Source: Octopus vulgaris
Lineage: Eukaryota
Length of the DNA stretch: 64,000 bases
NCBI GenBank assembly: GCA_951406725.2
Contig: OX597835.1
Coordinates: forward strand, 35,774,001 to 35,838,000
Direction of reading: 5' to 3'
Positions 41,598 to 57,353 of this stretch are shown piece by piece; within the stretch, counting starts at the first letter, position 1, and each line of letters starts with the position of its first letter. The notes under the pieces are model-generated. The model was given only the letters and a program-made list of their open reading frames with translations. It did no database searches and had not been told where the DNA came from. The position numbers were made by a program, and so were the translations under genes.

Positions 41598-42136
41598 ATA
41601 ATGAAAAATACTGAAAAAGAACAACAATAATAAATACCAACAACAACCACAAAACATACAACAAGCGAAAAAACGAAGAGCAAAATTAAAAAAAACAAAA
41701 TGGCGAGGAAAAGAAGCTATGGGAGAAGGAAAAGGGAAAGAAAACATAAGGAGAGTAAAAAGAGAGTGAGTGAATGATTAATAGAAAGGTGAGGGAGAGA
41801 GAGAGATAGAGAGAGTAAGGGAGGAAGAAAATAAGAGTGGAGAAAGAAAAGCGGAATTGTTAGTGAGTTGGCTTACTGGCCGGTTAGTTGGTGGGCTTAT
41901 GTTGTTTTATCTAAGAATCTGCTAAGAACTTTCACTTAATGATTCCGCCTGCAGTTATTGACGTTCTTAAGAGCGTCGAAGACAGACGCTAGTGTTTCAT
42001 AGTTGTTATGTCTATCGACCTCTTCTTAATGTACGGGGATATGTGGTTCCATAGGCAACAATGTATCGTGATGAACATATACATGTCTGTGAGTGTGGCG
42101 TTGTATACGCGTGATACATACATACATATATACATG

Positions 42137-42181
<45 letters not shown>

Positions 42182-42680
42182 GTACACACACAAACACACA
42201 CACACATATATATATATATAAATATATCCGTATATATATATATATATATATACAAGTATATATCTGTATACACACACACTTACACATACACATACATACA
42301 TACACACATACATACATAATACATACATACATACATACATACATACATCATTCCGTACGTACATATATATGCATTTATACGTACTTATATAGATACGTAG
42401 ATTTTTATGGGTTTTGCTACGTTTACAGAAAGACATCGATATACAATATGGCTGATGTGGTTTCATGGACGCTTTATGTGAGCGAGCATACATATACCTA
42501 CATAAATGCATATACACCCATACCTATGTGAATTTATGTGTGTACACAACTACATATGCATGTATACACGCACACACACACACACACATATATACATGTA
42601 TACATTTATATATATACATACATATATACATATATACATATATATATATATTATATATATATATATGCATATGTGTGTAC

Positions 42681-42819
<139 letters not shown>

Positions 42820-43431
42820 TATATACATACATATAGACGTACATATATACTATATATATATACATATATATAGTGCGTTTATACAAGTATCAATATACAG
42901 GCAGTTGCGTGAATAAGCTCTTCCGTATAGAGTCAGTATTCCTACTTTTCTCACTGTCGATCTGTCTATCTGTCTGCCTGATCCATTTGGCTGCTTATTT
43001 ATTTATATGACTTTATTGTAGATATTATACATATATGCATAAAGATTATATCTACGAAAGTATATACACACACAAATATATATATATATATAAAGAAGAA
43101 TTATTGCCGTTATCAATGGTATTAATAAGGTAATAATAAGGTGGCTAGGAAGTTCACACCGTTACAGGCACAATATAATGCAAATTTAGATTCAGTAGGG
43201 TATGTAATACCACTTGCTAAAGATATACTAGGAAGTGCGTAAAAGTATTCGGAAGTATACATATCGAAACCGCTCTGTCTCTCCCTCTCTCAGTGCGTGT
43301 GTGTGTGTATATATATACATACATACATACATGCAGTCACACACACACACACAGATATATATGTATATATATATTATATATATCTATATACATACATACA
43401 TACATACATACATACATACACATATATATGT

Positions 43432-43728
43432 GGAGGCACATGGCCTAGTTGTTAGAGCAGCGGATTCGCGGTCGAGGGATCGCGGGTTCGAATTTCAGCC
43501 CGGGCGATGTATGTGTTTATGAGCGAAACACCTAAGCTCCACGCGGCTCCGGCAGAAGGTAATGGCGAACTTCTGCTGACACTTTCGCCACAACCTTCTC
43601 TCGTGCTTTCCTCACCTGCGACGGACCGGTGTCCCATCCAGGTGGGGAATCTATATGCCAAGGAAACCGGGAAACCGGCCCTTATGAGCCAGGCGTGGCT
43701 CGAGAAGAAACAAACAACAAACAACAAC
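43432..43728 (+). mobile_element. tRNA-derived SINE sharing the family 2 head but with a different 3' half and an (AAC)-type tail
   Basis: Head GGAGGCACATGGCCTAG...GGGTTCGAATTTC and GAGCGAAACACCTAAGCTCCAC as in family 2; 3' TGTCCCATCCAGG...GAAACCGGGAAACCGGCCCTTATGAGCC. Confidence 0.8.
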
Positions 43729-43835
43729 ATATATATGTATATATGTATATGTATATGTATGTATATATATATATATATATAGATATACATACATATACAT
43801 ATATACATATATATGTTGTTGTTTGTTGTTTGTTT

Positions 43836-43917
<82 letters not shown>

Positions 43918-43951
43918 AACAAGAATAATAATTACATATGTATAAATTAAA

Positions 43952-43989
43952 TTGTCCGCCGAATGGGAACGTGAAACTCTGAGTAGCAG
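43952..43989 (+). ncRNA. Degenerate third copy of the GCAA-loop hammerhead family
   Basis: ttgt-CCGCCGA-atg(ggaa)cgt-GAAAC-TCTGA-GT-A-gcag; core mutated. Confidence 0.45.
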
Positions 43990-44482
43990 GTTTTTTTGTG
44001 ATATTTCTGTAATGTTTTTGCATCTTTAATAATAATAGATTATAATTTATATAGGTTACAGAAACTGGTTGGAGAGAGCGTGATTAATTTCAGTTGTAAA
44101 CCCCTGTCGTAGGGGAAGTTCGAAATGCAGATATTTCGGATCCCGTTAAGCATTTTTTACATTGTGTTACAAAACATAGTGAAGACATTTAGATTGACGA
44201 AGACGAATTCGAGGTTGATGATAAAAGCTGAAGACATTTTTCTTATGCCCATGTTGCAACCCTGGCTGCAGTAACAAAGTCCACTCACCACATTTCTTGG
44301 TCCGTCATCACTCCTTCGTGGTACTGGATACATTAAACGCCAGTGTCTGCGATAAAGTTGTCGACGTAAGTGGGACGACGTTTTCATCTTCTTACATCAC
44401 CATGACTTGGTTTCTATAAGACTAATAATTTGCATGCTTCCAGTTGAAGGTAGTAAAGACCTACTAGAATATCTGAATTCGT

Positions 44483-44610
44483 TTGTTGCCATCTGACGGA
44501 GGAACGAAATTTTTTCAAATACTCGCAGGGGTGCTACAAAAACACACGCTTGCGACGTCCTTGATTGCAACCGTATTGCATTATGCCATGAGGCAGGCTA
44601 TAGACATCAG
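44483..44610 (+). pseudogene. RTE-type LINE reverse transcriptase fragment
   Basis: Translation LPSDGGTKFFQILAGVLQKHTLATSLIATVLHYAMRQAI resembles the non-LTR RT motif GVxQGDxLSPxLF (PDGETxFFxIxAGVLQGDTLAPxLFxxVLDYxMR). Confidence 0.75.
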
Positions 44611-44874
44611 TAACGAATGCATTCGTGACGATGGACCAGAGAGTAAGCTAAAGAAGATCGTGATGAGAGTTAGAAGACGGTGAATATATACGATATAAAT
44701 TATTATTCATTTTAGGGGCCGATTGGAAGGGATGAAAGTATCGTTTGCATAATCTAGAGGAGTCGGCGGTGTCTAAGCGAGGAATACAAAAAATGAAACC
44801 AGAATGAGACAGGTGACAAAAAAATATCCAGACAGTTGGATGATACAAAATGGACATGAAAAAATAAGGACGAG

Positions 44875-44910
<36 letters not shown>

Positions 44911-45262
44911 TGCTCATTCAGCTAGATTGCTACGCTTGCTACTGGTGAGTCTTGGGCGTCACGTAGATTATTCATCAACCATTTTGCTTTCAGAAAAGTC
45001 TTGAGGTTACTAGAGCATCATATACTATTACTGGTTATGATATACAAAGCAAACGTTAGAGAAATTATATTAAGCACAAGGTTTCATCATTTGTTTCGCT
45101 TGTTCCCTACACACGTTTCACCGTTTTGTTCATTTGCATCCTCTGCCTTAGAAGTTCCGAGCGCAATCGAATGTCGAATCAGAATCGACAAAGAGAACAA
45201 ATGATACAAACTTGTATTCCTCATAACTTATACTATATCATGTAGATATATTTGTATATTCT

Positions 45263-45650
45263 TTTATTCTTTTATTTGTTTCAGTCATTTGACAGCGGCC
45301 ATGCTGGAGCACCGCATTGAGGAGTTTTAGTGCGAGCAAGTCGACCCCAGGATTTATGTTTTTGAAGCTTGGTAATTATCGCATCCGTCTCTTTCGCCGG
45401 AACGTTGAATCACGGGAACGTAAATACATCACCACCGGTTGTCAAAGGGGTATGGGGGAAAAACACAGACACACAAACACACACACATAAATATGCGACC
45501 GGATTCTTTCAGTTTACGTCGACCACATCCACTCACAAGGCTTTGGTCGACCCGCGGCTATGGTAGAAGACACTTGCCCAACGTTCCACTCAGTGGGACT
45601 TGACCTAGAACCATGTGGTTGGGAAGCAAGTTTCTTACCACAGGGCCACG
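45263..45650 (-). mobile_element. Family 1 SINE
   Basis: Reverse complement of 24768-25409. Confidence 0.85.
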
Positions 45651-45710
45651 ATATATATATGTGCCTGTATATGTTTCGGCTAACAAATGTACATACACAA
45701 ACACACACAC

Positions 45711-46073
45711 AAGGCGGCGAGCTGGCATGCCGTTACGTTCTGAGTTCAAATTCCGCCGAGGTCGACTTTGCCTTTCATCCTTTCGGGGTCGATTAAATAA
45801 GTACCAGTTACGCACTGGGGTTGATGTAATCGACTTAATCCTTGTTTGTCCTCTCTGTGTTTAGCCCCTTGTGGGTAGTAAAAAAATAGGTATTTCGTCT
45901 GCCGTTACGTTCTGAGTTCAAATTCCGCCGAGGTCGACTTTGCCTTTCATCCTTTCGGTGTTGATAAATTAAGTACCAGTTACGCACTGGGGTCGCTGTA
46001 ATCGACTTAATCCCTTTGTCTGTCCTTGTTTGTCCCCTCTATGTTTAACCCCTTGTGGGCAATAAAGAAATAA
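45711..46073 (+). mobile_element. Family 4 SINE dimer (tandem 3' portions)
   Basis: TGCCGTTACGTTCTGAGTTCAAATTCCGCCGAGG...CCCCTTGTGGG occurs twice, at 45728 and 45900. Confidence 0.88.
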
Positions 46074-46385
46074 CAAACACACACACGTATATATGTGTGT
46101 ATCTCAGCTATCATGGCGTTTCTCCCGTTATTGGTGAGTATCAATGTTCTTGTCATAATTATTGTCGTCAATTGTCATATTCATCTCAAGTTTTGTCACA
46201 AGGCCATTAAACTTAAGGGAGAAAGTAAGTCGATTACATCGAACCCAAATGCTTAACCTCGAAAGGATGAAAGGCAAAGCCGACCTCGGTAGAACTGAAA
46301 CTCAGAACGGTTAGATAAACGCAATGCCTCTAAACATTTTGTCCGGCGTGCTAACGATTCTGCCAGCAGGCTGTCTTGTTGATGT

Positions 46386-46386
46386 G

Positions 46387-46442
<56 letters not shown>

Positions 46443-46488
46443 GGTGGTAGTAGTAGTGGTGGTGGTGGTGGTAGTAGTAGTAGTAGTA

Positions 46489-46544
<56 letters not shown>

Positions 46545-46578
46545 GGTGGTGGTGGTGGTAGTAGTAGTAGTAATAGTA

Positions 46579-46620
<42 letters not shown>

Positions 46621-46635
46621 CTGGTGCTGGTGCTG

Positions 46636-46670
<35 letters not shown>
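46386..46670. repeat. (GTA)n/(GTG)n triplet tract
   Basis: Direct reading. Confidence 0.95.
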
Positions 46671-47032
46671 TATTGTTTTGTTGTAACAAATGTTTGTAAA
46701 ACCTACCTGTTAAACTTAGATAGCAACAATTGATGTTTATAAGAATGGGCTGTGTATCGTGGGTAGGAGGGAAGCAAATACGGGTGGTTGGTATCGGTTA
46801 GGCGTACGTTGGATCCATTCTTTATAATAAAAAAAAAGAGGTTGCAAAGTGAACCACGAAAGAATGGAGGAAAAAGGAAACATAGTATACGTGAGTGAGT
46901 GTATGTCAATATATATGCAAATGTGTGTAGGTGTATATGTGTAGAAACGGATAGCCGCATTCACATACATTTGTATTTCTGTATTTCTATCAGATTCTGT
47001 GTGTTTGTGTATTTGTGTGTACCTGTGTGTAC

Positions 47033-47109
<77 letters not shown>

Positions 47110-47143
47110 TGCATGTATGTATATATATATATATGTATTTATA

Positions 47144-47258
<115 letters not shown>

Positions 47259-47887
47259 CTATATGTCTATAGACACATACAAATGCACTGAAGCGCACAC
47301 AGGGACACACATATTTTGTGCACACGCATATTCAAATACCCACTCATAATTTTATGTGTTATATATGTATATACACAACCACACACATCCACACATATAT
47401 ATATACATATATATATATATATGTGTATGTATATATACATATGTGTGTGTATGCATATATACATCCATACACACACACATATATATGTGTATATATATAT
47501 ATATCCACACACACACACACACGCACACACGCACGCACACACATATATTCATACACGCAGTTTAACACGGTCACATATCAGCCCTACGCCATGGATCCAA
47601 AAAACATCCATCGCAAATTCTCCAACGAAAATCATTTCCCGCGTACATGTACTTGCATGGATTCCTACGTAATTGTTACAAGACGAAATCACGTGAACAT
47701 GCAAACTTTTCCGATATCCAACAAAACGCGGCCAGATATTCTCCACTGTTTTAAACCATTTTCCAAAATCTATGGAACTTACTAGTAAAGAACATCGTTT
47801 TCATATTTTCAATTGAATAATAGAATTTTCTGAGGCAATTCAATTTTAAACTGCATATTATTTAAGCGCATCCATACGTACTTATCC

Positions 47888-47965
<78 letters not shown>

Positions 47966-48090
47966 ATATCTATATATATATATATCTATCTATCTAATCT
48001 ATCTATCTATCTATCTCTCTATCTATCTAATCTATCTATCTATCTATTTATCTAATCTATCTATCTATCTATCTATCTCTGGGTCTCTCA

Positions 48091-48137
<47 letters not shown>

Positions 48138-48192
48138 CACACATATGCATAGATATATACACACACACACACATATATGTATGTATGCATAT

Positions 48193-48230
<38 letters not shown>

Positions 48231-48297
48231 TATAAACATACGCATTATATGTACATATACATATATTTTTATACCTACAGACAAATATGTGTATATA

Positions 48298-48389
<92 letters not shown>

Positions 48390-48875
48390 TATGTTTATAT
48401 ACATATATATATATGTAGATATATAATTTTTGTCTTCCATATTTCTTTATTCAATTATCATCATCATCAACATCACCACCGGCATCTGCAGGAGCGGCTT
48501 CAGCTTCATTATGAGACGCCATATTTTATTGTTTTTTCTTCTCTATCGTTTCCTCTTTTAGGTTTAGATGTTATTCTTTTTGCTGTTATTGTTGCTGTTG
48601 CTGTCCTCCTAAATAAAAATCTGCACTTACCACCAAACTAAGCAAATATCATTGTCTTCGTTTTTCAATCTTCCTTTCCGTTCGTAGTCTTCAAAGACTT
48701 TCGCGTTCTTTTTAATCCAAAGTAAACCGCTTATTTCTTATATACAAACATAACACATATATATGCACACCTTCTCAAACACGCCACGCATATCTACACC
48801 TACAAACACACGCGGAATCTCAATCATATATATATATATATATATACACACATACATTGATATATATATATATAT

Positions 48876-48941
<66 letters not shown>

Positions 48942-49273
48942 GTATATATATGTACACATATATACATACACACATATATATATATATATATGTATATGTC
49001 AATATATATACATATATATTTTGTATGTTTATATATGTATTATATATTCATATATATATATATATTCCTAGAAATACGTACGAGATATATGAAGCAGTCA
49101 ATTTGTATCGTTGAGATTTCTTTATGAATTCGAACCTGATGAGTAACGATATCAATACTCAGTATTGTTACTATGATCATACTCAACGTAGGATGAACGT
49201 CACGAGAAACTCGGATTAGTAAGAAATGAAAAGGGAGTGAATCATCAATTTGGAAGGAAATACGCTCATATGG

Positions 49274-49305
<32 letters not shown>

Positions 49306-49381
49306 CACTCTAATATACATACATATATTAGTGTGTGCGCGCGTGTATGTATGTACATGTATGTGTATATCTATCTATCTA

Positions 49382-49426
<45 letters not shown>

Positions 49427-49733
49427 TCGATATTTGTTTTTTTTCTTCCATACACGGATTTATCTATCTATATATTTGTCGCTCCATTTCTTGTTGCTTA
49501 TATATATATATTGGCATCCTTCTGTTCAGCCATCCAGCTCACCATCCCTTCCCGTCCCGCCTCCATCGCTTTATCATAAACATTGTATAACACATCCCTC
49601 TTACACAGTATTTCAATCTACCACAAACCCTCCCTCATTCTCCTCTTTTTCTTCCTCCCTATCATTATTTAATTCTCTCACTCCCTTTCCATCTCTATCT
49701 TTATATATATATACATATTCATATATATATATT

Positions 49734-49881
<148 letters not shown>

Positions 49882-50348
49882 TATATATATTGAATTATAT
49901 ATATATATGTACTTTCTTTCTTCTTCTTTCCTTTCTTCTTTTGTTATTTGTTTCCCGCCCCATCCCTCTTATTCTCTCTATACATTCGCGAACACTCCTA
50001 TTTCTTCCTTTCACAAAGTCACACACCTCCTGTCTCTTATACTCCTCAAGTCTTTCGCATTCTGTCTCTGACTCCTTGTTTCTCTCTTTCACACTTACTT
50101 TGCTCAACACACACACACACACACACACACACAACATGTTAAAAATGATCATCTTTCCTTTCTATTCACGATTTTGCCGGCTCAAAGTTCCTCCACTTGT
50201 TCATTTACTCACCCTAACTCTCTCTTTCTTATCTTTCTTGCTGTTTTTCTCCTATTTCTCTCTCTCTCTCTCTCTCTCTCCTTTGATACGAAAATCTCTC
50301 ATGCACTTCTCACCGAATTCAGACATCTCCAGCGCTTCTTTCTCTCCC

Positions 50349-50382
<34 letters not shown>

Positions 50383-50621
50383 CTTGCTCTTCCATCTCTA
50401 TCTTCTGCAAGTGTATAATTAAAGCTAATTGTGAAGCATACCCAGATCAGTTTTTTCCCCCAGGATGTCTTAGCAATCAATGTTGCATATTGTCTATATT
50501 GCATTGAAAATAGTTTTCGCAACGAAAAAGTAAACACAAAAAATATATATACCGTACATTTTGTATACATGTATATGTGTGTATGTATGTGTGTAGGTGT
50601 TTCTGTGATTGTACATACAGA

Positions 50622-50671
<50 letters not shown>

Positions 50672-50845
50672 CACACAGGTGTGTGTATAAACGAAAACAT
50701 GAAGAGAGACAACCTAAAAAATGAATAAAATTAGATTAAAACGTATTCATACCTACATATTTATGTATAAACACACACATACAGCCTTACACACACACGT
50801 ACTCACACACATTTATATATAGAGAGATGTATATATGTGTGTGTG

Positions 50846-50891
<46 letters not shown>

Positions 50892-50922
50892 TTTACATAT
50901 ATATGCATATATATATAATATT

Positions 50923-50955
<33 letters not shown>

Positions 50956-51031
50956 GTGCATACACGTATAATATAGGCATAATTGCACACATACAAACTC
51001 ACTCACCCCACCCACGTTTATATATTTACAT

Positions 51032-51104
<73 letters not shown>

Positions 51105-51197
51105 ACACACACAAGTACAGTTATATATAGAAAGAGAGATATAGATATAAATGTGTATCTATATCTATCTATATATCAATATCTACATCTATCTATC

Positions 51198-51232
<35 letters not shown>

Positions 51233-51295
51233 ATAAACATATATATATGTTCATGTGTATAAATGTGTACATGCATATATATATACATATATATT

Positions 51296-51329
<34 letters not shown>

Positions 51330-51895
51330 TGTATGTATGTATACACGCGCATGCATCGTGTATATCTGTATACGTCTCACATTCTCAGTGTATTAATAAA
51401 TTTCCCTTTTAAATCTCCAGCTTTTATTGGTTTTATGAATTTTGACGAAAAACTATTACGAGTCTCAGTCGTAGTTGAGATCTCTTCGTCGATCGTTTGC
51501 TTTTAGATAAATACCTTCTGTAGTCATGTTATAATCACCACAATCTCAAAGGTTTCCCTCCCCCCAGTCTCTCTCTCTCTCTCTATTATTCTCTCTTCCT
51601 ATATCTCTTTCAATTAAGCTACAGTATATATCATCTGCATCGACTATTGTTCGGTTGCTCTTTCTCTGCTTCCATATATCAATCCCCAACTTTTTATTTT
51701 TTATTTCTGTAGTTTTCGTGCTTTACTTTTAAGTTTTTCTATCCCTGTTTCAGCCCCCTTTCTACGTTTTGCGATCTCCAAATTGCTCTCTGTTCGTCTC
51801 TCTGTCTGTCCCTCACTTTCTCTACTTCTGTCTGTCTGTCTATCTCCCTCTCAATTGCTCAGGGTGTATCAGAATGTTCATCTTATGTCTGTAAT

Positions 51896-51957
<62 letters not shown>

Positions 51958-52048
51958 AAGAGAAAGAGAGAGATAGATAGATAGATAGATAGATAGACAG
52001 ACAAACAGACAGATTGATAGATTGATCGATCAATAGATAGATAGATAA

Positions 52049-52118
<70 letters not shown>

Positions 52119-53073
52119 TTGTAGGTAGGTAGGTAGACAGATAGATATGTACGTATATATAGATAGCAGGTCGATAGATAGATATGCTCACACGTAGCCT
52201 GCCTTTATCTACGTGCAACAAATAAATATATAAATACATTTATATCCATACACATACAGGTAAGAATATTCATAAATGCATACGTACAGACAGATGTATG
52301 AGCGAAGACAAACATTAAATATATGCATACACATACATACGCAAGCACACACACATATATAAGTAATTTATAAATTTACTCATATAAAAACTTGTGTATA
52401 ATGGTATACAGACTGCTGTATATAACCAACGTTTAGGTAATCCATAGGTAAATAAAAACAGGGAATAAATGTTACGATATGCAATGGAGCCCTACACGTG
52501 TTTCGTTAACGAATAGATGCGTTATGTAAAAGTTTATTATGGAATCAGATTACATTAAGAAATCAGCGGAGGACAAATCCGTGAAGCGAAATCGCATTGT
52601 TTTGGGGAAAATTGTGTTGTAGATATCCTGAGCGCAAAGTATACACAGAAAAACAACATGAGTGAAGATATGTTTATTATTTCATTCAATACATCTTTAT
52701 ATGCATTTCTTTAATGAATAGGTTTGTTACGTAAGGGTGTACCCTGAAATCGGAGTGAAACAGCAGATCATAAGAATTTGTGTAATAAAGACAATTTGTA
52801 CAACACACATCGTTTCTCAGGATTTTACGACTGTCGTGCGGTTTATTTATAAAGAAAAATATATTATAAGGGAGGATATTTCTTATAATAGTAGATATGA
52901 TAGGAATTTTGTTAACACGCCATATTGTTTGTTATAAGAATCCTAGTTTTACGATACCAGACAAGGTTCATCCCGAGTGATGATATAGCAGCCTGCTCAT
53001 AAGTTTATTTCTATTTTTATTTTTATGTCGCCTAAAGCAGATAATTAACATTTAAGCTTTACCGAGACACACT

Positions 53074-53515
<442 letters not shown>

Positions 53516-53692
53516 ATATATATATATATATGTATGTATATAATAAAAATATCGTGTACATTAAAACTCATTAAGTGGCTTCCAAATAGGAAAGCCTTGT
53601 GCTAGAAAGAGCAGTAGAAAAATCAAACCACTAATTGGGGATAAATTCTCGAAAGGAATGAAAATTAAAAACATTTACCATCTAATTTAGTT

Positions 53693-53759
53693 CCTAGACC
53701 ATGGTTTCTGACTAATTTTAGTAAAACAATATTTACTGAGGCCAGTCTTCATTAGTAGG
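53693..53759 (-). ncRNA. Type I hammerhead with a single core mutation
   Basis: Minus strand reads ccta-CTAATGA-a-gact...agtc-a-GAAAC-CATG-GT-C-tagg; 4-bp stem I, palindromic CATG loop, GUC triplet, G5 changed to A. Confidence 0.7.
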
Positions 53760-53884
53760 TGGCCATTAGATTTTAAATATACACACAACGAGATCCATCA
53801 ATTTTTCCTCTTAAATATATTTATTTATATTGAGGGCATTACAATACATAAATGCCTCACGCTAGGAGGGACTCTTAAAGTCAA

Positions 53885-54207
53885 AACTACCAAAATAAAT
53901 AAACACATTGTACCGAATGCGAGGGGATGCAACTTTCGAAGCGAGCATTGTAAAAACAGAATTCAGCTGCATATCACATGATTTCATAATTAGTAAACAA
54001 ATGCACTTTTTAATCTTCAGCACAAGCATAAATCAAGATATATAAAAAATGAACAATAATCAACATACCAGACGAACACCCAATGCATCCAGCGTAGCAT
54101 ATAGAATTGTTCATATGATATGCAGCTGAATTCTGTTTTTAAAATGCTCGCTTCGAGAATTGCATTCCCTCATATTCGGTATAATGTGTTTATTTATTTT
54201 TGTAGTT
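53885..54207. repeat. Diverged inverted repeat, ~95-bp arms and ~130-bp spacer
   Basis: 53885-53981 approximates the reverse complement of 54111-54207 (e.g. AAAAACAGAATTCAGCTGCATATCA / TGATATGCAGCTGAATTCTGTTTTT). Confidence 0.9.
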
Positions 54208-54494
54208 TGGAACAGAACTTACCTGGTCAATAGTTGACACTGCTTGCAGAGATAATGAGTATGTCCTCGATTTCGAAGGCACACGTCCAGAGATTCGAGA
54301 AATTCTTTCTCGATACTAAAATAATTGGTTCGACTTACGCTTTTGGAGTTGCATTCTCGGTACACTTCCTGTTCATCAAATTCCTCGAACGCATGTAGAT
54401 GTGTAGATGTGTGTATCGGTATATTCATTTCTGGCACGTGTCTGTCAGTGAGTGTATGTATCAATAGACTAATAAACATTTTGAATACAGACAG

Positions 54495-54580
<86 letters not shown>

Positions 54581-54721
54581 ACACACATGGCAGTCAAAAG
54601 CCAAATGTGTAAAATGAATTTTATAAATATAAATATGGAGACGCACAAAGATAGATATAAATACACATACATACAATTCCTACATACACATACACACATA
54701 TATGTCCCTGTATACATAGCT

Positions 54722-54771
<50 letters not shown>

Positions 54772-55038
54772 GTGTATCTATCTATCTATATATATAAAAA
54801 TCTTAGGGTAGCAAGAATATTCATCGACAAATTCTTAGTTACCAGTGGTCTAGCGAGAAAGAAAAAATTAGTCAATAGACTATATATTATTCTGAGAGGA
54901 ATACAGTGTACGTTCAAACACAAAAGAGATACCCGAAGAATAGGATATCTGACTCGCTAGAAAGAGCAGTTAAAACTCCAAGCCACCAATTGTTGTAATT
55001 CCGAAAGTGATTGGAAAATAAAAACTTTTTGTTTGAAC

Positions 55039-55074
<36 letters not shown>

Positions 55075-55627
55075 CCACACAAACATGTAAATACATATAT
55101 AAATATATATATATACATCATTTCCTCATATATGTGCATTAAAATGTAGATGCAGACATGCACAGATGCATAGAGAGGAACAGAGAGATAGAAGACATCA
55201 GCTAATACAGAGAAAGACAGGTAGATTTATCGTAGAAATCTGTGTATACAGATACGATGCTGTCTTCGTGGTACATGATGTTTGATGAGATTTAAAAGGT
55301 CAAAGGTCGGAACTTGGCTTGCGGAAAGTCATGACAATTACAATGTGGAACCGGAAGTAATGCAATTAAATAGCAATCACGTTGATTGGTTTGAAAGAAA
55401 AAGAAAAAGAAAATATCAAAAACAATGACTAACTGCAATTTAGGATTTAATTTAATAATAAAAACATATAAGATGAAAATGTGTTAATATGAATGCATGT
55501 GTGGATATATGCGTTCATATATGTAGGTATCTATTTATGAAGGTACAGAAATATGTATTTAACTATGTAAGTAAATATGCATCTGTCTGTCTATCTATCT
55601 ATCTATCTATCTATCTATATCGTCATG

Positions 55628-55772
55628 CGTGTAGAAGATGGCTTCCCAACCACATGATTCCGGGTTCAGTTCCACTGTGTGGCACCTTGGGCAAGTGTCT
55701 TCTACTATTGCCTGGGGCCGACCAAAGCCTCGTGGGAGGATACTGTAGACGGAAACTGAAAGACGCGCGTCG
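55628..55772 (+). mobile_element. Family 1 SINE, 5' half
   Basis: CCAACCACATGATTCCGGGTTCAG...GGCACCTTGGGCAAGTGTCTTCTACTAT. Confidence 0.8.
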
Positions 55773-55773
55773 T

Positions 55774-55855
<82 letters not shown>

Positions 55856-55874
55856 CATTCTATCTATCGATATG

Positions 55875-55916
<42 letters not shown>

Positions 55917-57098
55917 TATCGATATGTACACATATATATCTACATATATATATGTATATATATATTCAGAGAGAGAGAGAGAGAAGCATATGTATCTTTA
56001 TATACCCATTACAGCGCGCATTGCTTTGCGCTTAGGACGTTGCCCTTATGATCATGAAGTCGTGGTTTCAATTCCCAAACTGCTCGTTGCCTTTTATTCT
56101 TGAATAAAACACTTCATATCACGTTGCCCCATTCTAGCGAGCTGCAAATGTGTTCCAGCCATGACTGGGAAGTTATCTCTGCGATGGACTATCATCTCCT
56201 CCAGGAGGCAGTACTGCAATGAATGACAGTCACACATACTTCATGGAATCCCGGTTAAATCTGGTCTTGTGTGACTAGAGCTCATGACAGACCTAAAAGG
56301 AAAATAAATCAACTTTAATATATATATGTGTGTGTGTGCGTGTGTGTGTGTGTGTGTGCATTGGCATATTTATCTATAGAAAAAAATCAAATAACCCTCG
56401 TTGTACATTTATTCCTGCTTTCTAGACTAACAGCTGTTTCAGATATATATTTTGGGTGCGTTTTTGATTCAATTTCCTAAATTGATCGATTGATCGAATC
56501 AAAATATAGGAGCAACTGTTAGAATGCTACCGTGGTCAGAGCTCCACACATTAATTAACTGCCAAAGTGAATGAAGAAAATAAAAGAAATGAGAGAAAAA
56601 GAAAGAGAGAATGAGGGAGTAGGGAATTTGCTTATTGTTGTATCTATAAGGAACTAGGTCTTAGTTCGTCTGTTCCTAGCCATCAGCTTTAAGCTATTGC
56701 TCTTTCTAACCAAGCTTTTCAAATTATGTTTTAGATGAAGCCCAGTAATGTAATGTCTCATACTTAACGTTCTGTCATGCTAAACGCAAGAAGCTGCGGA
56801 TTTTCGTCTCATTAAAGATGTAAGGTGCTGAAAATCACAGTATTCTTCAAAGACCGGCGAAATGAAATCACCCAGGAAGTGAATGAGTGCGGGGAAAAAC
56901 CAATATTTACAGTTATTCTGCAAGTTATGAATGCAACATAATCATCTCACTTCCAAAACCAAATCGAAATCGTTATTCTCAGGTATATAATTGTACAATG
57001 GATTTGCTGATCAGCAGTTGCGTCGGACATTTACAAGGAATTCAAATTCTGTGTAAGAAATAACTCAATGACAAATATAATTATCACATACGATCTAT

Positions 57099-57186
<88 letters not shown>

Positions 57187-57187
57187 A

Positions 57188-57281
<94 letters not shown>

Positions 57282-57289
57282 TCTCTCTC

Positions 57290-57353
<64 letters not shown>

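Noticed and set aside
49136-49215. CTGATGA-gtaac...gttac followed later by GAAAC
   Set aside because: GAAA does not directly follow stem II, and no stem III or stem I can be drawn
52489-52510. GAAAC-ACGT-GTA (minus) and GAAAC-AGCT-GTT (56425-56445, minus) as complete ribozymes
   Set aside because: Only 3' halves; no CTGANGA partner found, so counted as fragments
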